Source of the DNA: Candidatus Hydrogenedentota bacterium
Lineage (GTDB): Bacteria; Hydrogenedentota; Hydrogenedentia; Hydrogenedentales; SLHB01
NCBI GenBank assembly: GCA_963668025.2
Contig: CAXXTH010000017.1
Location: 1,184,001 to 1,248,000, forward strand
Direction: 5' to 3'
DNA length: 64,000 nucleotides
The notes beneath the pieces are model-generated. The model had not been told where the DNA came from. It was given only the letters and a program-made list of their open reading frames with translations, and did no database searches. Below, piece after piece: positions 57,736 through 64,000 of this stretch. Every line of letters starts with the position of its first letter. The first letter of the stretch is position 1. A program made the position numbers and the translations under genes.

Positions 57736-58949
57736 TGGCGCTGCTTTCAAAAATAGTGCTCGGAGCCTCCTTGGCGGTTCTTTTGGCCCAATGCGCATGG
57801 GCGGATACGTTTTGGCGCGAAAAAGTGGAGCTTGGCCCGGCTCCTCAATCCAAAGTGGCATCCATTCCCTTCGAGGTGGGCAATCCCGCCACGCGCATGG
57901 GCTTATCCTTCGTCGCGGATCTGAAACGGGGCCGCGGGCTGCTCGAAATCCTGGATCCGGAAGAGAACGTGCTGATTCAAGTTAAAATCGGAGCGGGCCA
58001 GGGCCAATTTGATCGCATATTGGGTCCATTTGATGTAACAGGAACGTTTCAAATTCGCACTAAGGTGGAGAACGCCTTAGGCGAATACCGAATTATGCTG
58101 GCGCAGGAACCTGCGCGGGGAGTGGGAACCACGCTGTTCACGCGGGGCGCTTTAATGGCGCTGGCGGGTGCATGTTTGCTGGTTGCGGGCCTGCTTTACT
58201 TCGGCGTACGGGTGTCTTGGTTTTCTGCAGGCGCAGGGGTGTGGCTGCTTGGGATGATGCTCAAGCTTATATTTGCATTCAAGGTGACGCCGCTTATTCT
58301 GTTTGTGCTGGATGCGAAGCTGAGCCGCCCGCTGTTCCTATTGCTGGGCAGCGCATACACAGGCCTTACGACCGCCATATTCGAGATAGGCGCTGTGGCG
58401 GCGGCGGCCCTGATGTGGCCTTGGCTGGCGCGGGAACGGAATCGCGGCCTGGGAGTCGCCCTGGGCGGCGCTGCCGTGGAGCCTTTGTTATTTGGCGTGC
58501 GCGCCATGCTGGTAGGCATGGCGGTTTGGTTCGGGTTGAACCGGGCGCCTGAGCTGTTGGGGCTGGGAACATATGACTATGTGGTGGTCTCCACCGCCAA
58601 TGAGATGACCACTGTCTCGATGGCCTGGCTGCTCGTGCCCGTTCAAAGCATGCTGGTCATGCTGGCCCAAGCGAGCGCCCGCGTGTTGGCGTTGATGTCC
58701 GCCGCCACGGGGCGGTGGCGGTATTTTACGGCGGCGTTTATATACATTGCGTTGTTTGACGCCGTGGTAAGCTGGCCCCGGCTGGCGGAACGGCTGGTGT
58801 TTACGCCGATGTGGAGTGTGACGCTGGCGCTCGCACCGATTTCTGTTTTGGGGCTCTACATGCTCTATAAAACATTGGCCGCCTGGCTTGAATCCTCCGC
58901 CGGGATGGTGGAGGCAAAGGCTTTCAAGCGAGGCCGGGTGGAAGCATAA
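57735..58949 (+). CDS. Membrane protein: exported N-terminal domain + YhfC-like multi-TM domain
   Basis: Signal peptide; GAGVW, GLTTAIFE, GLGVALGGAAVE resemble YhfC-family motifs. Confidence 0.55.
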   Translation: MALLSKIVLGASLAVLLAQCAWADTFWREKVELGPAPQSKVASIPFEVGNPATRMGLSFVADLKRGRGLLEILDPEENVLIQVKIGAGQGQFDRILGPFDVTGTFQIRTKVENALGEYRIMLAQEPARGVGTTLFTRGALMALAGACLLVAGLLYFGVRVSWFSAGAGVWLLGMMLKLIFAFKVTPLILFVLDAKLSRPLFLLLGSAYTGLTTAIFEIGAVAAAALMWPWLARERNRGLGVALGGAAVEPLLFGVRAMLVGMAVWFGLNRAPELLGLGTYDYVVVSTANEMTTVSMAWLLVPVQSMLVMLAQASARVLALMSAATGRWRYFTAAFIYIALFDAVVSWPRLAERLVFTPMWSVTLALAPISVLGLYMLYKTLAAWLESSAGMVEAKAFKRGRVEA

Positions 58950-59087
58950 CGCATGGCGTTATGGAGAAGAATAAAAAAGGAAGGAACTTCCCAATATAAA
59001 TGGGGTTTTACCTGTTGCCAGGAATAAATCAGGAAAACCGGTCCGAAAAACCCACAAACAAAAGCCAACGGACAAAGAGGTGAACGC

Positions 59088-59873
59088 ATGAGAATGGCCT
59101 TGGTGATCATCGTGTCGCTCGCCGCAGGCGCGGCAGGCACAGCGGCGGTAATGTCTTTGCTGAACCAACAGAGCCAAAGCAGTCTGAGAGCCGAATTACA
59201 AACCGCACAGAACACCCTCCAAGACGCACTGAAGCAAGCCCAAGAACAACAGGAACGCGCGGATTATTTGCAACAGCAAAACACCGCCTTGACGGAACAG
59301 ATCGCGGGCATTTCCAAACAGGCGCAAAACACCCCCATGCCGGAAGATGCGAGTATGGAGCCTCCCGCCGTGCCGGAAGAACAAGCCCCGCCTGATGCGG
59401 AAAACCAAGATCCAAACCGCGAAGAACGCAATCAACGAAGACAGATGCGCATGGCCGACTTTCGGAACCGCATGAATGATTATTTTACCAATGCCATTTC
59501 GAGCGCCACCAACAAAGAATCGCAGCAGCGCCTTGCAAATATGCAGCAATACATGGCGTATATGGAAGAATTGCGGACGGAGATGCGTGATGCGCAAACG
59601 GAAGAACAGCGGGAACAATTGCGGCAAAACATGCGCGACACCATGGACTCAATGATGCAGACGCGCGCGGAAGAACAAAGCTCCCGGCTACGCAGCGTCG
59701 CGGAGCAATACGGCATTACAGATGAAGCGGCGCAACAATCGTTTGCGGATGCCATCCAGCAGCTTCAATCCGACCCCATTATGATGGGCGGCGGCGGGCC
59801 TGGGATGGGTGGTCCTGGGATGGGCGGCGGCGGCCCTGGCGGTGGTCCTGGCGGCGGCCCCGGTGGGCCATGA
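59088..59873 (+). CDS. Membrane-anchored coiled-coil hypothetical protein with Gly/Pro-rich tail
   Basis: N-terminal TM, Q/E/R-rich helices, GGPG repeats; GAGGTG RBS. Confidence 0.75.
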   Translation: MRMALVIIVSLAAGAAGTAAVMSLLNQQSQSSLRAELQTAQNTLQDALKQAQEQQERADYLQQQNTALTEQIAGISKQAQNTPMPEDASMEPPAVPEEQAPPDAENQDPNREERNQRRQMRMADFRNRMNDYFTNAISSATNKESQQRLANMQQYMAYMEELRTEMRDAQTEEQREQLRQNMRDTMDSMMQTRAEEQSSRLRSVAEQYGITDEAAQQSFADAIQQLQSDPIMMGGGGPGMGGPGMGGGGPGGGPGGGPGGP

Positions 59874-59899
59874 CGCAAAACGCCCATAGTGAAATCTAG

Positions 59900-61916
59900 C
59901 CCATTTTCCGCAGTAAGGCCGTCTTTTTTCTGGTTTTGAGCGTCTTTTCGGCTGTAAGTCCTTTGTTGGTCTTGCGTGCTGGTAGGATTTCCGTGTAGTG
60001 GCGAAAACCCCCTTGTTACGCGGGCCAGCGCGTGAGATCATGAGTGCCAGTTGGGAGGCTCTGGCATCGTGTTTCTCAAGCCGAATCGGAAGACCTTCGA
60101 TGGCGTGACCTACGAGTATTGGTCGCTCGTGGAGTCGGTGCGCACGGCGAATGGGCCGCGCCAGCGGACGGTGGCCACCATCGGGAAGCTGCCGGGCCTG
60201 GATGAGGAAGCGCGGGTGGGCTGGGAGCACATCGGGGAGATCCTCGATGGCCGGGTGCATCAGCGGGACTTGCTCGAAGTGGAGCCGGAACCGCCGGCGT
60301 GGGCGACGGTGGACACGTCTCGGGTGCGGGTGGAACGGTTGCGCCGTTTCGGCGAGGTCTACTTGGGGCTGGCGTTGTGGCGGCGGCTTAAGCTGGATGC
60401 GTTTTTCGACGAAGCCATGGCGCCGGGCCGCGAGGAGATCCCGTGGGGCGTAATGGCTTGTATCCTCACGTTGGCGCGGTTCTGCGCGCCGTCGTCGGAG
60501 TTGCACATCGCCGAGTCGTGGTATGGCAAGACGGCCTTGGAGGATATCCTCGGCGTGGCGCCGGAGAAGGTGAATGAGGACCGTCTGTACCGGGCTCTCG
60601 ACGCGCTGCTGCCCCACAAGGACGCGCTCTTCGGTCACTTCCAGAAGGTCTATGGTGAGCTGTTTGGCGCCACCTTCGACATCCTGCTCTACGACATCAC
60701 GTCGACGTACTTCGAGGGGCAGGCGGAGGGCAACCCCCAAGCGAAACGAGGCTACTCCCGGGACAAGCGGCCCGATTGCGTGCAGGTCTGCATTGCGTTG
60801 GTGGCCACGCCGGAGGGACTTCCCCTGGCCTACGAGGTCTTCGACGGCAACCGCAGGGACGTGACCACGGTGGAGGAGATGGTGGAGGCCATGCGCACGA
60901 AGTACGGTCACGAGCGCCGCACGTGGGTCATGGACCGCGGCATGGTGAGCGAGGACAACCTCGACATGCTGCGCGAGGCCAAGGCGAGCTATCTCGTGGG
61001 CACGCCCAAAAGCATGCTCAAACAGTTCGAGCGTGACCTCTTGGAACAGGGTTGGGAGCAAGTGGAGCCCGAGGTGGAGGTGAAACTCCGCCCCTCGCCC
61101 GAGGACGAAGACGAGACCTTCGTGCTCTGTCGCTCGCGCGGCCGCATCGAAAAAGAACGGGCCATACGCGAGAAACAGCGCGTGAAGCTCGAGGCTGAAC
61201 TCAACCGGCTCAAAGCGCGCATCGACGCCGGCACACGCGCCCTGCGCGACCGCGGCGCCGCTGAACGCCGCGTGGGCCGGTGCTTCCAGAAGTACTCCCG
61301 CGCCGCCCGCTTCTTCCAAGTGGCCATCCGCGAACAAGACGACCCCAAACACAAAAGCGGCAAGCGCCTCGCCATCGCCATCACCCAAGACCCCGCCCAT
61401 CGCGAATGGGCCGAACTTACCGACGGCTGCTACCTGCTGCGCACCAACCTCCAGAACCACGACCCAAAGCAACTCTGGAAAGCCTACATCGGCCTCACGC
61501 AGATCGAGGACAGCTTTCGCATCAGCAAGCACGACCTCGGCCTCAGGCCTATCTTCCATCACAGAGAACGCCGGACCCAAGCACACATCCTCGTGTGCTT
61601 CCTTGCCCTCGTGATGTGGCGGACCCTCCAGCAATGGATGGACGGCGCCGGTCTCGGCGCCGCGCCCCGAAAACTCCTCGAAGAGATGGCCGAAGTCCGT
61701 TCCTTGGACGTGGTCTTGCCTACCGGCCAAGGCACAGAGTTGCGCCTGCGCACCGTCAGCAAGCCCGAGCAGCGCCTCGCGATCCTACTCCAGAAACTCG
61801 ACCTTCCCCTGCCCAATAAACCAAAGTCGATCCCAAATGTAGTGGCGAAAACCCGCCGAAATCTCCAATTTTCCTAGAAAACGCCAACCTCCTTTGCCTC
61901 AACTGCGGAAAATGGG
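59900..61916 (+). mobile_element. IS1634-family element (about 2017 bp)
   Basis: Perfect IR CCCATTTTCCGCAGT / ACTGCGGAAAATGGG, flanked by CTAG on both sides (59896-59899, 61917-61920). Confidence 0.9.
60069..61877 (+). CDS. IS1634-family transposase
   Basis: LVESVR..GPRQR, LYDITSTYFEG, GYSRDKRPD, VMDRGM, IEDSFR..K.DL.LRPIFH; GTG start. Confidence 0.93.
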   Translation: MFLKPNRKTFDGVTYEYWSLVESVRTANGPRQRTVATIGKLPGLDEEARVGWEHIGEILDGRVHQRDLLEVEPEPPAWATVDTSRVRVERLRRFGEVYLGLALWRRLKLDAFFDEAMAPGREEIPWGVMACILTLARFCAPSSELHIAESWYGKTALEDILGVAPEKVNEDRLYRALDALLPHKDALFGHFQKVYGELFGATFDILLYDITSTYFEGQAEGNPQAKRGYSRDKRPDCVQVCIALVATPEGLPLAYEVFDGNRRDVTTVEEMVEAMRTKYGHERRTWVMDRGMVSEDNLDMLREAKASYLVGTPKSMLKQFERDLLEQGWEQVEPEVEVKLRPSPEDEDETFVLCRSRGRIEKERAIREKQRVKLEAELNRLKARIDAGTRALRDRGAAERRVGRCFQKYSRAARFFQVAIREQDDPKHKSGKRLAIAITQDPAHREWAELTDGCYLLRTNLQNHDPKQLWKAYIGLTQIEDSFRISKHDLGLRPIFHHRERRTQAHILVCFLALVMWRTLQQWMDGAGLGAAPRKLLEEMAEVRSLDVVLPTGQGTELRLRTVSKPEQRLAILLQKLDLPLPNKPKSIPNVVAKTRRNLQFS

Positions 61917-61930
61917 CTAGGCACTCTCGA

Positions 61931-61976
61931 TAATAGGGCTTATCCCGCCACGCTAACGGAGGGATAGGCCCTATTA
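61931..61976 (+). terminator. Hairpin, probably the original terminator of the 59088 gene, displaced by the IS
   Basis: taatagggcttatccc / gggataggccctatta stem. Confidence 0.5.
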
Positions 61977-62024
61977 ATCGCTACTGGCCGCATATCGGTT
62001 GAATGGCCTTGGCCAAATGCGTGA

Positions 62025-64000
<1,976 letters not shown>

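Noticed and set aside
59785-59870. GGPG-coding repeats as a DNA element
   Set aside because: In-frame low-complexity protein tail.
59688-61730. 680-aa antisense ORF over IS1634
   Set aside because: Crosses the IS boundary and has no motifs; shadow ORF.

Overview
GC-rich bacterial chromosome segment. The gene and sorting-signal style suggests an anaerobic diderm such as Ca. Hydrogenedentota; this is inference only. Housekeeping genes (nth, guaA, guaB, yhbY, glmS, surE, aroK, ligA) are interspersed with accessory modules and four intact IS copies. These are one DUF6788 + DDE element, two IS1380-family copies and one IS1634-family element; terminal repeats and target duplications are visible for each. 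No rRNA, tRNA or CRISPR array was found. Main points: (1) an AmmeMemoRadiSam operon that looks extracytoplasmic, with a signal peptide on the MEMO-AMMECR1 fusion, a small twin-arginine protein and an 1178-aa spermidine-synthase-like/FMN-binding/4Fe-4S fusion; (2) a 5 x 122-bp array between guaB and guaA, built from a copy of the guaB 3' end plus a REP hairpin; (3) two related three-box palindrome arrays upstream of an AAA_14/DUF4143 ATPase, now split by an IS; (4) a perfect 26-bp palindrome over the promoter of that IS's DUF6788 gene; (5) an ECF sigma gene cut from its anti-sigma by IS1380, upstream of two secretin-like paralogues; (6) a duplicated PadR/permease-prefix module; (7) an ATPase + TOPRIM-like candidate defence pair; (8) dispersed 9-bp-periodic inverted intergenic elements.
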